A program made the translations under genes and the position numbers. From positions 62,001 through 121,411 of the forward strand of contig JAXLNO010000189.1 of NCBI GenBank assembly GCA_038087875.1: 59,411 bases of DNA. The letters run 5' to 3'. Shown piece by piece: positions 38,150 through 50,712 of this stretch. The notes beneath the pieces were generated by a model. That model had not been told where the DNA came from, did no database searches, and worked only from the letters and a program-made list of their open reading frames with translations. Within the stretch, counting starts at the first letter, position 1. Each line of letters begins with the position of its first letter. This DNA comes from Malacoraja senta (lineage: Eukaryota).

Positions 38150-38410
38150 TTCTCCCTTCTCTCCGTAAACTTTGGCACCCTTACTAATCAGGAACATCAA
38201 TCTCCACTTTAAAAATACACAAAGAGAGCATCCATAGCCATCTGTGGCAATGAATTCCATAGATTCACCACCCTCTGGCAAAATAAATCCCTCCTCATCT
38301 CCTTTATCAAGGCACATCCTTTTATTCTGAGGCTGTGCTCTCCAGTCCTAGATACCAGTGGAAACATCCTCTCCACATTCACTCTATCAAGGCCTTTCAT
38401 TATTTGATAA
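38150..38410 (-). mobile_element. CR1 3' fragment
   Basis: MKGLDRVNVERMFPL, QRVVNLWNSLPQ. Confidence 0.85.
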
Positions 38411-38635
38411 AGCCAAATCATCAATTGATTCAAAAGAACATAAATTTTAGGGATGGTTATGAATAAAGTTAATGAAGGCATAAAGCAGAATGCCTCAAGA
38501 GCTACACTTCCCAATTATTGAGTAGGGCAGGATTTTTTGTCACAAAGATATCAAGGTCAGATTACTAATACTGAAATGAACTTTATAACTCAGAACCAAT
38601 CTAGTCTCGTTGTTATTACATCCTGCCTTTGTACA

Positions 38636-38790
38636 ATTTTAGATATAGCTCTTAGGGCTAACAGAATCAAGGGATATGGGAAGAAAGCAGGAACGGGCTA
38701 CTGATTTTGGATGATTAGCCATGATCATATTGAATGGTGGTGCTGGCTCGAAGGGCCGCTAAGCTTATTCCTGCACCTATTTTCTATGTT
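38636..38790 (+). mobile_element. CR1 tail
   Basis: Same 3'UTR as other CR1 copies. Confidence 0.85.
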
Positions 38791-38898
38791 TGTAATTTAA
38801 ATTGTTGCACATAACAAGATATTTTCTGATAGTTCATGTAAATAATGTTTCTCCATCACAAACAGTTCAGACATTTCTCATTATTGAGAGAGATATAC

Positions 38899-39159
38899 TT
38901 GTTCTGAATGGCGTGGTCGTTGGTAGTGTAGTAGTGGTGGTCGTTGCCCTTGTTGTAGGTGCAGTAGGTTGTGCGGGTGTTGTCATTATGGGTGAGTCAT
39001 CGCAGAATACTCCCTCTGTTGGATAATCCTTGATGCAGTCACAAGTCTGTGTGGCTGTAGTATTTGCACTGCAAGGCTGGTATTTTCTACAAAATGTTGA
39101 GTTCCATATAAATTCACCAGTACATGTGCATTGAATTCCATTGTCCACTAATTGACAGG
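38899..39159 (-). CDS. ADGRF5: ADGRF5-like coding exon 4 (8-Cys domain + Thr/Pro linker)
   Basis: ctttgtccag acceptor; CQ...CTC...W...C....C...CDC...GVFC pattern of GPR110/GPR116 N-termini; 261 nt, phase 1 to 1; donor gtatat is weak so the 3' end is less sure. Confidence 0.85.
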
Positions 39160-40069
39160 CTGGACAAAGAAAGAAAACAAAAGTGAGTAAAACATCAAAA
39201 TTACAAATGACTAGCAAAGGGCTCAGGTAGATTTGTGCTCCCATATCATTTGGGAATGTAGCCCCAATATCGAAACCATTTCTCACATCAATGCCTAATA
39301 AATACTCTTATGATCCCTTATGAAGTAACTGGAGAGATTTATAAATTATATCTTATAAAAAAACATTGAAAATGCACCAAAAGTTTATTGCCCAGAAATT
39401 AATCTCTGGCCAGTAGTCTCGTTCCACTATGTAGTTGAAATAGCAAGTAAAACTCTACATGATATTCAGTGCCATTGACTGAATTTTGGAAGCAAAGCTG
39501 AGTACAGAGCCTGCCTGCTTCTATAAAACAGGATTAGCAGTACCATTTCATGGTTGAAATAAGTTAACTCTCCATTACTCTGAACGTAGTGAAACCTTTC
39601 TGGCCAACATGAGCAGAATGGACCAAATATACTGTAAATGTCCATGTTTCCTTTTGGGTTATTCCCTGTGGCGGCATGCTGCTATCTGCCACTATGCCAG
39701 CCCTGGAACACTACACTTGCAGTGAAACTGGGCTCAAGGAATCCTGATAGTCCACTTAATCACAGCTATGACAAACTGGGAAAAGTTTGTTTCCCTGCAA
39801 TTAGTACAAAAAGTTTGCGCTAAATCCTGGACCCCTTTAGCATTTGCTTCATAGTAACACCTAGATAGGGTAGATATTGGCATAAATGGGGTAGACAGCC
39901 AGAACCTTTTTCGCAGGATGAAAGAAAACCAAAAACTAGACAACATAGTTTTAAGGCGATAGGGACAAAGTTTAAAGGAGATATGTGGAGCAAGAGAGTG
40001 GCGAGTGCCTGGAGCATGCTGCCAGCGGTGGTTGTTGGAGGCAGGTACAATAGTGGCATTTAGCATACG

Positions 40070-40185
40070 TAACGGAGAACTTACAAACTCAATACAGACA
40101 GCACCTGGGGTCAGGACCGAACCCAGATCTCTGGTGCTGTAAGGCAGCAATTTCTACCACTGCGCCACTGTGCTATCCTGCCGCC
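40070..40185 (-). mobile_element. tRNA-derived SINE head (HE1/V-SINE-like)
   Basis: Reverse strand gtggcgcagtggtag (A box) ... gggttcggtcc (B box). Confidence 0.7.
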
Positions 40186-40323
40186 CTTGGGATGTTCTAC
40201 GTTCTAGAATTTCCCAACAATATCACAGTTGACGATATATTAATTTTGAGATTACATGAAGTGTAATGTATTTATAATACTCATATATGCATAAGATTGT
40301 TTATGTATTTTATCCATACTCAC

Positions 40324-40479
40324 ATGTTGTAGGAGTGATGTTGGTAATATTGATAGTGCCATTTCCAATCGGCAGTATAATTGGATAGGTTAAACTAGCC
40401 AGGTCCATTTGCAGGGTGCTAAGACCATTTGTGCTTAAGCTTATTTCAACATCTATGCTGTATTCAGTTTGCTGATTGA
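40324..40479 (-). CDS. ADGRF5: ADGRF5-like coding exon 3 (NQQTEYSIDVEISL...LTYPI...ITNITPTT)
   Basis: tacag acceptor, gtgagt donor, 156 nt, phase 1 to 1; resembles the EY.V.IEIS...L.FPI...I.VTT exon of GPR116. Confidence 0.9.
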
Positions 40480-41587
40480 CTGTATATTTAACAAAGGAAA
40501 AGGTTAGCTCAAGGAGAAAGCGATAAATGATAATATTAATACTAGTGAAAAGCAACCCTGAGAACATCCATAAAACCTGTAAACAAACTACTCCGGTGTT
40601 TTTGTTTGAAGTGGAATATCCAGACAAAAACTAGCATGTACGATTTATTTGCATATTATAACTTAAAAGCATCTATAACGGCAAAGTATAGTTTTGCCTC
40701 ATAATATTTAAACTAATTATATAACTGAGCAACAAGGGTCTGACGTGCAAATGAACTAGAATGCTCTTTTAAAGATAATCTTTCTTTACCAGAGGTCACA
40801 GGATCGTTGCAGTCTTACAGCACTTAATGGCAAATAGGAGCCTGGTTCAAAACATACGCACACAGGAAAAGACGGTGAAAGGCTTGATTGTCATTTTAGG
40901 AGTCAAAAGTATATAGTAAGCTTTGTCAGAATGCATAGGTTTTGAGGTAATGTGCCAATTCCCAGCGCAGCAGGTGTCGAAAAGAATGTGAAAGAGAGAT
41001 ATCTATCTCTCATGACATAAAGTGGCATTTTGGAACAAAGCAAGTGGAGCCTTGTTTTGTTGCTAAGACACTCGCTAAGAGAGAATAACTGAACTTCTTA
41101 CATTGATTTCTTGATTAGTGTGGGTGTCAGCGGTTATAGGGAGAAGGCAGGAGAATGGGGTTGAGAGGGAAAAGATACATCAGCCATGATTGAATGGCAG
41201 TAGACTTGGTGGGCTGAATGGCCTTCTTCTGTTCCTATTACTTATGAACTTATTGGAGGAATTGTTATATCTCATCTCCAAAATTAAGATTTGTACAATT
41301 GGAGAGCGGGGACTGCAACTATAAGTTAATTAATTGGACCATCCACTAACTCTGAATAAGTGTGGAGCAGTGATAACTAAACAGTTCAACTTAAAGGATT
41401 TCTTAACAGACTGACAATAAATGATTGTGATATTCTCCCTGACACAGTGAATTTCAGACACGAGTTAATCCCAAAGTTATTTTACTTTCCTCTCATCTCA
41501 CAAAGAAAATTAGAATGACTTTATTTCAAAAGGCAACAGGATATATTTAAACAAATCTGTCATTAGAGATAGTTAATAAGGTCATAA

Positions 41588-42115
41588 TAGGGGTGGTGTT
41601 TAACATGCTCAGGAAGATCTGGAGCTCAAAACACATAACAATCAACACCAAAATACGCTTCTTTAACTCAAATGTGAAACAGGTGATGCTGTATGGATCA
41701 GAGACATGGAAAACAACAAAACACACTACAAACAGGCTGCAAACATTCATTGTCACCTGCCTTAGGAGAATACTTAACATCTGGTGGAGAGACAAAGTAA
41801 GCAATGTGGACCTGTGGAAAAGAACAAGCCAGGAGCCCATTGACTTACAAATTCGAAGGAGAAAATGGAGTTGGATTGGAGACACCCTCAAGAAACCCAC
41901 CACAAACATCACCCGGCAAGCCCTGAAATGGAACCCCCAGGGAAAAAGGGAAAGAGGTCGCCCCAGGAACATCTGGAGAAGAGGTGTCTAGACAGAAATG
42001 TCTGAGAGTGGGCTCAACTGGGGAGATATTAAAAAAATGGCAACAACCGAGTGAGATGGAGGACATTTGTCAATGGCCTATGGTCCCTAGAGGAGCAAAG
42101 GGCTTAAGAAGAAGG
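41588..42115 (+). mobile_element. RTE-clade LINE, 5'-truncated, 13-bp TSD
   Basis: MLYGSETW, CLRRILNIWW, WSWIG, WNPQGKRERGRPR; TSD aataaggtcataa (41575-41587 / 42116-42128); (GAA)n tail. Confidence 0.92.
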
Positions 42116-42346
42116 AATAAGGTCATAAGTGATAGGAGCAGAATTTGGCCATTCGGCCCATCAAGTCTACTCAGCCATTCAATCTTGCCTGATCTATCTC
42201 TCCCTCCTTACCCCATTCCCATGCTTTCTCCCCATAATCCCTGACGCTCGTACTAATCAAAGTTTAGGAAATTCTTTCAGAATGTCCCTTCATTTTAAAG
42301 GGATGCTACAAGATATCATTACATCATAATATCATTAATGACTTAC

Positions 42347-42413
42347 CATTTCTTCTTTGTCTGATGAGGTGGATTTGACTTTTCCTGTCTTCTGTTATAG
42401 AAGCATCTACTGC
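42347..42413 (-). CDS. ADGRF5: ADGRF5-like coding exon 2 (AVDASITEDRKSQIHLIRQRRN; furin site)
   Basis: attcag acceptor, gtaagt donor, 67 nt, phase 0 to 1. Confidence 0.85.
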
Positions 42414-42844
42414 CTGAATTGTGACATATTGAGATCATTGAATTACATTTGATGGTTGAAAAAATCTTTCAAGCACAAATTAACTCTTTCTTAGACAATA
42501 ATATACTTTAGTGGAATGTTGTCTCAGTCAGATCACGCACTGAAATTAACAATATTAGTCCTATCAAATAATGGCGATTCTGATAAAATAGGAAGCAACT
42601 TGACTTGGATTTAAACAGGAGATTGGCAACAAGACTTGCACAGCTGATTGCAGCCAACCATTCTAGTGAGGTCAACAATCACATTTATAATTGTTCCTTA
42701 TTTTCTATCTTTTGTCTTCTACATCTAAACCCTCTGTATTGTCTGTCTGGGATTATGATGAAGATTCGACGTGTGCTGGAAGCTGGCAGAGTGAGCAGGT
42801 CATGCACAGTGTATATCATTTTATGATCCACTCCAAAAACTTAA

Positions 42845-43056
42845 GTTCATAAGTGATAGGAGCAGAAGTAGGCTATTTGGCCCATCAAGTGTACTCCGCC
42901 ATTCAATCATGGCTGATCTATCTCTCCCTCCCAACCCCTCCCCCCTGCCTTCTCCCCATAACCCCTGACACCCGTAATAATCAAGAATCTATCTATCTCT
43001 GCCAAAATATCCATTGACTTGGCCTCCACAGTCTTCTGTGGCAATGAATTCTACAG
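42845..43056 (-). mobile_element. CR1 tail fragment (similar tails at 41090-41230 plus and 42121-42260 minus)
   Basis: Conserved CR1 3'UTR. Confidence 0.8.
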
Positions 43057-44176
43057 AAGAAACTTACAAAGATGAACGGAGGGAGAGTTGAACTTTCACA
43101 GGTCCCATCGGTTCTTTGGGGAGAAGCATGAGAGCTGATGGTATCATTCAAATGATGGAGGGAGTATCAAGAATGCAAAGAATTGATGACAGAGGGAGGT
43201 CATTAGCCTTCCTACTGGAATCCCATCTTCCTTCCCGGGCTATGTAGTCCTACAGGTCAAAGCTCTTCAAATACACCCTGTTCCGTTCACTGCCTCTACC
43301 ACTTTCAGGCAGTGAAATCCAGACCACTACACTTTCCCCTTTGGTTTTGATGCCTCTTTTAAGTCATGGAGTCAGAGAGTAATACAGCGTGGACACAGGC
43401 CCTTCAGCCCAACTTGCCCACACGTTTGGTCCATATACCCCCCAAACCTGTCCTATCCATGTACCTGTCCAACTGTTCCTTAAACGTAGGGATAGTCCCA
43501 GCCTTAACTACCTGCTCTGGCAGCTTGTTCCATATACCCACCACCCTTTGTGTGAAAAAGTTACCCCTCGGATTCCTATTCAATCTTTTCTCCTTCACCT
43601 TGAATCTATGTAATTTGGTCATCGATTCACCTACTCTGAGCCAGAGACTCTGTGCATCCACCCAATCTATTCCTCTCATGATTTTATACATCTCTATAAG
43701 GTCACCCCTCATCCTCCTGTGCTCCAAGGAATAGTCCCAGCCTACTCAACCTCTGCCTATAGCTCACACCCTCTAGTCCTGGCAATATCCACGTAAATCT
43801 TCTCTGTTCCCTGTCCAGCTTGACAACATCTTTCCTATAACATGGTGACAAGAACTGAACACAATACTCTAAATGTGGCCTCACCAATGTCTTAAACAAC
43901 TGCAACATGACCTCCCAAATTCTATACTCAATACTCTGACTGATGAAGGCCAATGTGCCAAAAGCCTTTTTGACCACCCGATCTACCAGCGACTCCACCT
44001 TCAAGGAACCATGCACCTGTACTTCTGGATTCCTCTCAAGTACATTCCCCAGAGGCCTGCCATTCACTGTTTAGGTCCTGCCCATGTTAAACTTCCCAGA
44101 ATGCAACACCTCACATTTCTCTGTATTAAATTTCATCAACCATTTCTCAGCCCACCTGATCAATCAATCAAGATCC

Positions 44177-44729
44177 GAATGATCAAGTGTCTCAGTTTAT
44201 TACCGGATTTCTTCGTAATCCTGTGTGCGTTATCCAGGGACGGAAGGTTTTCATTGTGCTCAATGTTGAATGTTTCCTTTATCATTTTATAAGAATATTT
44301 TATAACATTATCTCCTTCTTGGCCTTCCAGCAAACCAACAATTCGTCAATTCAGACGACGGCTTCTGTTTTCTAAGTCCATATTTTGGGACTTGTATTGC
44401 TGAAGTGCTCGAGTGTTTTCATTCATTCTCCGTTCCAATTTTTCAATCTTCATATCTCTCTCCCGTCCCAGGGTGCGCAAGATATCAATTTGATCCTTTT
44501 GTTCACGAAGTTCATCTTGTAACAAAGACAGTTTTCCTTGGACTTCCTTCAATTTGGTCAAAACTCCTTTCACCATTTCTTCCAAACTGCCAAATCTTGT
44601 TTTCATTTCATTTTTCAGCTTATTTTTCAGTTCATTGTTCATTTTCGATATTGCTTCTATGATGCTGGAATCAGAAGCTGCAGCTTTCCCCAGTTCCTTC
44701 TTTGGGGATCCTCCTTTCCTTCTTGTCTC
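44177..44729 (-). pseudogene. L1-b ORF1 N-terminal half (inverted)
   Basis: METRRKG...coiled coil...DLENRSRRLN*RIVGLLEGQEG...LDNAHR...RHLII. Confidence 0.9.
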
Positions 44730-44893
44730 CATCCTTTTCACGATTAAGGCGTGTAAAAGTGTTATCAACACTTTATGAACAGTTAGACGGTGTCTTGAAG
44801 TCAAATAGTCACCAGTAACATTGAAAGAGTGGTCAGTGGAAGTTAAAAGTTAAGGGAGCAAACGAGTTTGCAACCTTACAGCATGCTGCCACT

Positions 44894-45175
44894 TTTCAAA
44901 TGAAGGAGAATATTCTCCAGGCAGCAAAAAAGTTGGGTGTGGTTGAATATGAAGGATGTAAGTTTTGGTTTGTCCCTGATTATAGTTACGAGCTTTTGGA
45001 AATAAGGAAGACTTTTTATAATGTAATGTCTGATTTGTATAAGAAAAAACTGTGCCCAGCTCTATTATTTCCAGCTAGATTGCGTATTCGATTTTTCAAT
45101 GGTAACTTTCGATTTTTTAACAGTCCTCAAGACGCCTCCAGCTTTCTGGAGAGCTACGACGAGGAATGGGAGTAA
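44894..45175 (+). pseudogene. L1-b ORF1 C-terminal half
   Basis: FQMKENILQAAK...FVPDYS...LLFPARLRI...FNSPQDA. Confidence 0.9.
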
Positions 45176-45744
45176 TTGATAGCTGATTAAGTTATAATTG
45201 GAGGTTTACTGTTCCTATTTTGACAACATTTCGTTTGGTAATGATTAAGAATTTAATTGGAAGAGTTGTTTTTCTTTTATATATATTCTTTTAAGAATTT
45301 CTTTGTTAATTCGTCTTCCCCTGTCATTAGACAAACTAAGAGAACGCAGTTCTTGTTTTTCATATCTTGACCTTGGATAATAATAAGCAGCATTCCATGC
45401 CAGTCTGTTTTTTTTTTCCTTCTCTCTCAAAGAGATAACGAATGTGTTATGATGTAGTGGTTAAATATTATTCTGTTTATGCTGAGCGCTGTTACTGGGA
45501 GAGATGGGATCGGGGAGGGGATTAGGTAGCTTGCTGACTGTCTATTGGTCAGTTTGGGATTCTACAGGGGTGGGAGGGGGGAGGGGGGAGGGGTCTTTTG
45601 TTCCCTATTTAGTGATCTCCATTTGTGCAAATTCTGAACTACAAAATTGGCTGAATTGTCGTCACTTCTGACTCCGCCCTAGATTTTTCTTCTTCCAGTA
45701 TTATGAACTTTTAGGCTTCAAGAAATTAACCCATTACATCCCAC

Positions 45745-48700
45745 ATGATTTTTACAAGCAATATAGATAAAGTTACTAATTTCCTTTCATGGAATGTGAA
45801 TGGCTTGAACCATCCCATTAAGAGGAAATCTTTTTTTTAAAGTTCTTCACAGACTAAATGCTCAGATTATCTTTGTTCAGGAAACTCATGTAAGGCAAGA
45901 TTACAAGTCACGATTTTTCAAGTTTTGGAGAGGACAGCAGTTTCATTCAAATTCACAGGCTAAGGTGAAAGGAGTCTCTATTTTTATTGACTCCTCAATT
46001 CCATTTGTTCACCATGAAACAATTTCTGAACCATATGGCAGATTCTTGGTGATTACCGGTGTCCTTTATAGGCAAAAAGTCGCTATGGTGAATGTCTATG
46101 CACCAAATATTGATCACCCTGAGTTTTTTAAACAGTTAATTGCATCCTTTCCTAATTTAAATGAACACTTTTTAATAATGGGTGGAGACTTCAATTGCTG
46201 TTTGAATCCCTCGATTGATAGGTCTACATTTGATCATGTGCTTCCAAATAAATCAGCTAATTTTATTAATTCTTTTTTACTTGACTCGGGAATGTTAGAA
46301 ATTTGGAGATTCTTACACCCAAATGACAAAGAATTTTCATTTTTCTCTCATGTATATCATAGTTATTCTAGGATCAACTATTTTATACTAGATTCTCGGC
46401 TAGTTCCATCGGTCATTGCATGTGAGTGATGCAATTGCTATTTCTGATCATGCACCATTGAAACTATTGATCAAACTACCTGATTCCAAGTTTAGTGCTG
46501 AACAATGGCGATTTAATGCTACTTTGCTTCAAGACTTAAACTTTATTAAGTATATGAAAGATCAGATTGCTTATTACTTCTTGACAAACTCTAATGAAGA
46601 GATATCCAATGGTATAGTTTGGGATGCTTTTAAGGCATATATTCGTGGACAAATTATTTCATACTCCGCGGGATTAAAAAAACGAACATAAAAAGAAATA
46701 CGCACATTGGCTGACGAGATTAAAGAAATTGATAAAAAATATTCAAAAGCTCCTAGTTTAGAGCTCTATAAGAATAGAGTTGAACTTCAATTGAGATATG
46801 ATTTGTTATTAGTATCACCGATTGAGAACCAGTTACTTAAAACCAAAAGTCAATTTTATATACATGGCGAAAAATCTGGTCAATTACTTGCTAATCAATT
46901 GAGTGTCGGCCAAGCGTCAGATTACTAAAGTGAGTAAACGGGATGGTACAGTAACTGTAGACCATGACGAAATTAATAAATCCTTTCAGGAATTTTATAC
47001 CTCCCTATACCAATCAAATTTTCCTACTGATTCCAATATAATGCATGAGTTTTTAAAGAAACTCAACTTACCAGATTTACCATATAATGAGTCTCTGTTG
47101 TTAGATGAACCCATCACGGAAGAAGAAATACAGAAAGCAATTTTTTCAATGAATTCTGGTAAAGATCCCGGTTTAGATGGGTTTACAGTAGAATTTTTAT
47201 AGTATTTTTCAAATTTATTGTCTACATGGCTATGCAAGGTATTTAAAGAAGCCTTTTTAAGTAATAGATTACCACAATCTTTTTATGAAGCTTTAATTCT
47301 TAAAAAAGATAAAGACCCTACTGAAGTGACATCATATAGACCTATATCAATGTTAAATGTAGATTTTAAAATTCTTTCCAAAATATTAGCTATGAGATTG
47401 GAAAAGATTTTACCGCAAATTATCTCTGAAGATCAGACAGGTTTTATTAAAAATTGTTACTCATACTTTAACGTTAGGAGATTAATGAATATTGTATATA
47501 CAGCGTCTAATAAAACCCCAGAATGTGTCATCTCACTTGATGCCGAGAAGGCGTTTGATAGAGTACAATGGGAATACTTATTCAATATACTTGAAAAATT
47601 TAAGATTGGTCCAAAATTTATCTCTTGGATCAAACTGATATATCTTATACCTCAGGCTTCTGTATTTACTAATAATCAGAGATCCCCTTTTTTCAGGCTC
47701 TTTCGAGGTACTAGACAGGGCTGTCCCTTAAGTCCTTTACTATTTGATATTGCTTTGGAACTTTTAGCCACCGCTATTAGGGAATCCCCTAATATTTTTG
47801 GTATTGTCCTTGGGAATAAGACATATAAGCTATCTCTTTATGCAGATGATCTGTTATTATTTATTTCTAACCCTGAGAAATCTATTCCGGCAATAGTAGC
47901 ATTACTTAATCAATTTAATAGTTTTTCTAGTTATAAATTAAATCTTAGTAAGAGTGAGCTTTTCCCATTAAATAATTTAGTTTCAAGTTATGGACAGTTT
48001 CCATTTAGATTGACTACCGAAAGTTTTACTTATTTAGGTATTAAGATCACCAAGAAACACAAGGATGTATTTAAAGCTAATTTTATGCCTTTAATTGACC
48101 ATATTAAACATCAGTTCACTAAATGGTCGGCAATGTCCTTATCCTTAATTGGCCGAATCAATGCTATTAAAATGTTCATTTTACCTAAATTTCTGTATTT
48201 ATTTCAGATGATACCAATTTTTATTGCCAAATCTTTCTTTGCTATCATAGAATTTCTTCATATATATATATATATATGGCAGAATAAAAATCCCAGACTA
48301 GGTAAAATATACCTACAGAAATCAAAACAAGTTGGTGGTTTGGCATTGCCGAACCTTAGACTCTACTATTGGGCAGTCAATGTTCGTTATTTAACATTTT
48401 GGACAAAAGATTTAGAAGATACCCAAATGCCCTGGATGGATAAACCTAGAACGTGATTCCTTACAAGGGCTATCATTGGCTTCTATTCTAGGGGCCTCGT
48501 TACCTTTAACAATTACGAGATTGAATAAATATACGACGAACCCAATAATAAGACATACATTCCGAATATGGTTTCAATTTCGTAAGTTTTTTGGACTAAG
48601 TGATTTTATCTTATCGAGTCCTATTTTATCCAATTTTCTCTTCCAACCATCTAGTACTGATCAAGTTTTTTTGTTATGGAAGAGGAAGGGATTAGTAGCT

Positions 48701-49550
48701 TTTCGTGATTTGTTTTTGGAGGGTTGATTGATGTCTTTCGAACAACTCTCCAATAAATATAACTTACCTAATTCACACTTTTTTAGATATTTACAAATTA
48801 GACATTTTTTGAAGGCTACTCTACCCCTTTTTCCACTACCACATCAAACCGAAATGTTGGATTTTTTTTAACATTTGAACCCTTATCAGAAAGGATTAAT
48901 AACGACTATTTATGAGTTGATTTTGAAATTACAAATAGATACATTTGATAAAATTAAGAATGACTGGGAAAGAGAACTCCAAATGTCTTTATCTATAGAG
49001 AAATGGGAGAGGATTCTTCAATTAGTTAATACCTCTTCAATGTATGCAAGACACGCTTTGATACAATTCAAGGTGGTTCACAGAGCTCATATGTCAAAAG
49101 ATAAGTTAGCTCGTTTTTATGGTCATATAAATCCTACCTGTGATAGATGTAACTGTGAAGTGGCATCACTGACCCATATGTTTTGGTCCTGCCCTCTTTT
49201 GGAAACATATTGGAAATAAATTTTTGATACTATTTCGGTAGTCTTAGCTATAGATTTACAACGGCATCCTATTACTGCAATTTTTGGGTTACCAATGTTC
49301 TATTCATTTGTCCCGCTCCGCCCATCGGTTGATTGCTTTTACCACATTAACTGCCAGAAGATTTATTTTATTTAAATGGAAAGATTCCAACCCTCCGTCC
49401 ACAGTCCAGTGGTATTCTGAAACGATATAATGTTTAAATTTAGAAAAAAATCAGGTGACATTGTTGAACCCTTGGTTAAATTTGATAATAATTGGGGAAT
49501 ATTTATTGAACACTTTCATACAACATAAATTGTTCCCTCTTTAACTGTTA
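45745..49550 (+). pseudogene. L1-b ORF2p (APE, RT, CCHC), disrupted
   Basis: SWNVNGLN, NVYAPN, GGDFN, SDH, LDAEKAFD, GTRQGCPLSP, YADD, CDRC...HMFWSC. Confidence 0.95.
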
Positions 49551-50712
49551 TAAAAATTATTTTACCATCATAGGGTGGAACGGATTTGACGACAAACAGA
49601 CTTAAATTGTTGAATTTCTCAGTTCAGATTCGGTTTTGCTTTGTTTTGTTTTATTTATTTATTTTATTTTTATTCTTATTTTATTATTATCAATTTTTTA
49701 TTTATTTTTTTAGTTTAGGGGGGTTTTGTTTTTTCTTTTTCATTTTGTCTTTTTATCTTTGCTGTTTTTTTTACATTTATAAGTTTCCTTTAAAAGATTT
49801 AACTATATTTACATAGAGGTCTATATTCAATGTGTATTTTGACACTGGACTCGTATTAGGTTATACCTGTTATTAATGTAATCCTGATCCCTATGTATCA
49901 ATACCATTGTTATGTTTATCATTATTATTTTTGCTCTGTTTTTTATGTTTTATTTTTGTTTTTGTTTTTTGGAAAAAAAACAATAAAAGATTTTAAAAGA
50001 AAGAATCAATCAAGATCCTGCTGCAATTTTTCACAACCATCATCTCTATCTGCAGAACCATTCACTTTTGTATCATCAGCAAACTTCCTAATCTTCACAG
50101 GTATGTTCTCATCCAAATCATTGATATAGATGACAAACGGTAACAGGCCCAGCACCGAACCCTGAGGCACACCACGAGTCACAGGCCTCCAGTCTGAGAA
50201 GCAACCTTCCACCATCACCCTCTGCTTCCTTCCATGGAGCCAATTTGCTAACCATTCAGCTATCTCTCCTTGGATCCCATGTGATCTAAGCTTCCAGAGC
50301 AACCTACCATGCAGAACCTTGTTGAATGCTTTACTGAAGTCCATATACACAACATCTACAGCTCTGCCCTCATCGACTTTTTGGTCGTGTCTTCAAAAAG
50401 CTCAATGAGATTGTGAGACATGACCTCCCACGTACAAAACCATGCCGACTATCCCTAATCAGCTATTGTCCATCTAAATGCATGTATATCCTATCCCTCA
50501 GAATATTCTCTCGTAACTTTTCAACTACAGATGTTAAGCTCAATGGCGAATAGTTTATTTGTGCATTGTAGTCATTAATATATAATAAAACCAAAATTCC
50601 AAGAGGCTTGTGAAACCCCACAGGGAACAGCTTCCAGTGAAAAAACATCCATTAATCATTCATTACCCTCTGTTTCCTGCTACCAAGCCACATTTGCCAC
50701 TCTTCTTTGGTT

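Larger units (their letters stand above)
44177..50003 (+). mobile_element. L1 LINE (copy b), full length with 5' inversion (44177-about 44892 inverted)
   Basis: 15-bp TSD aatcaatcaagatcc (44162-44176 / 50004-50018); ORF1 N-half on minus, C-half on plus; AATAAA and A-rich tail at about 49982-50003. Confidence 0.95.
43360..50530 (-). mobile_element. CR1 LINE split by L1 copy b (CR1 parts 43360-44176 and 50004-50530)
   Basis: RT reads through across the L1 TSD (LQQDLD...); [23 protein letters not shown] on the right; HLEYCVQF, WNKLPE on the left. Confidence 0.92.

Noticed and set aside
40100..40185. tRNA gene
   Set aside because: A/B boxes belong to a SINE head; no full cloverleaf.
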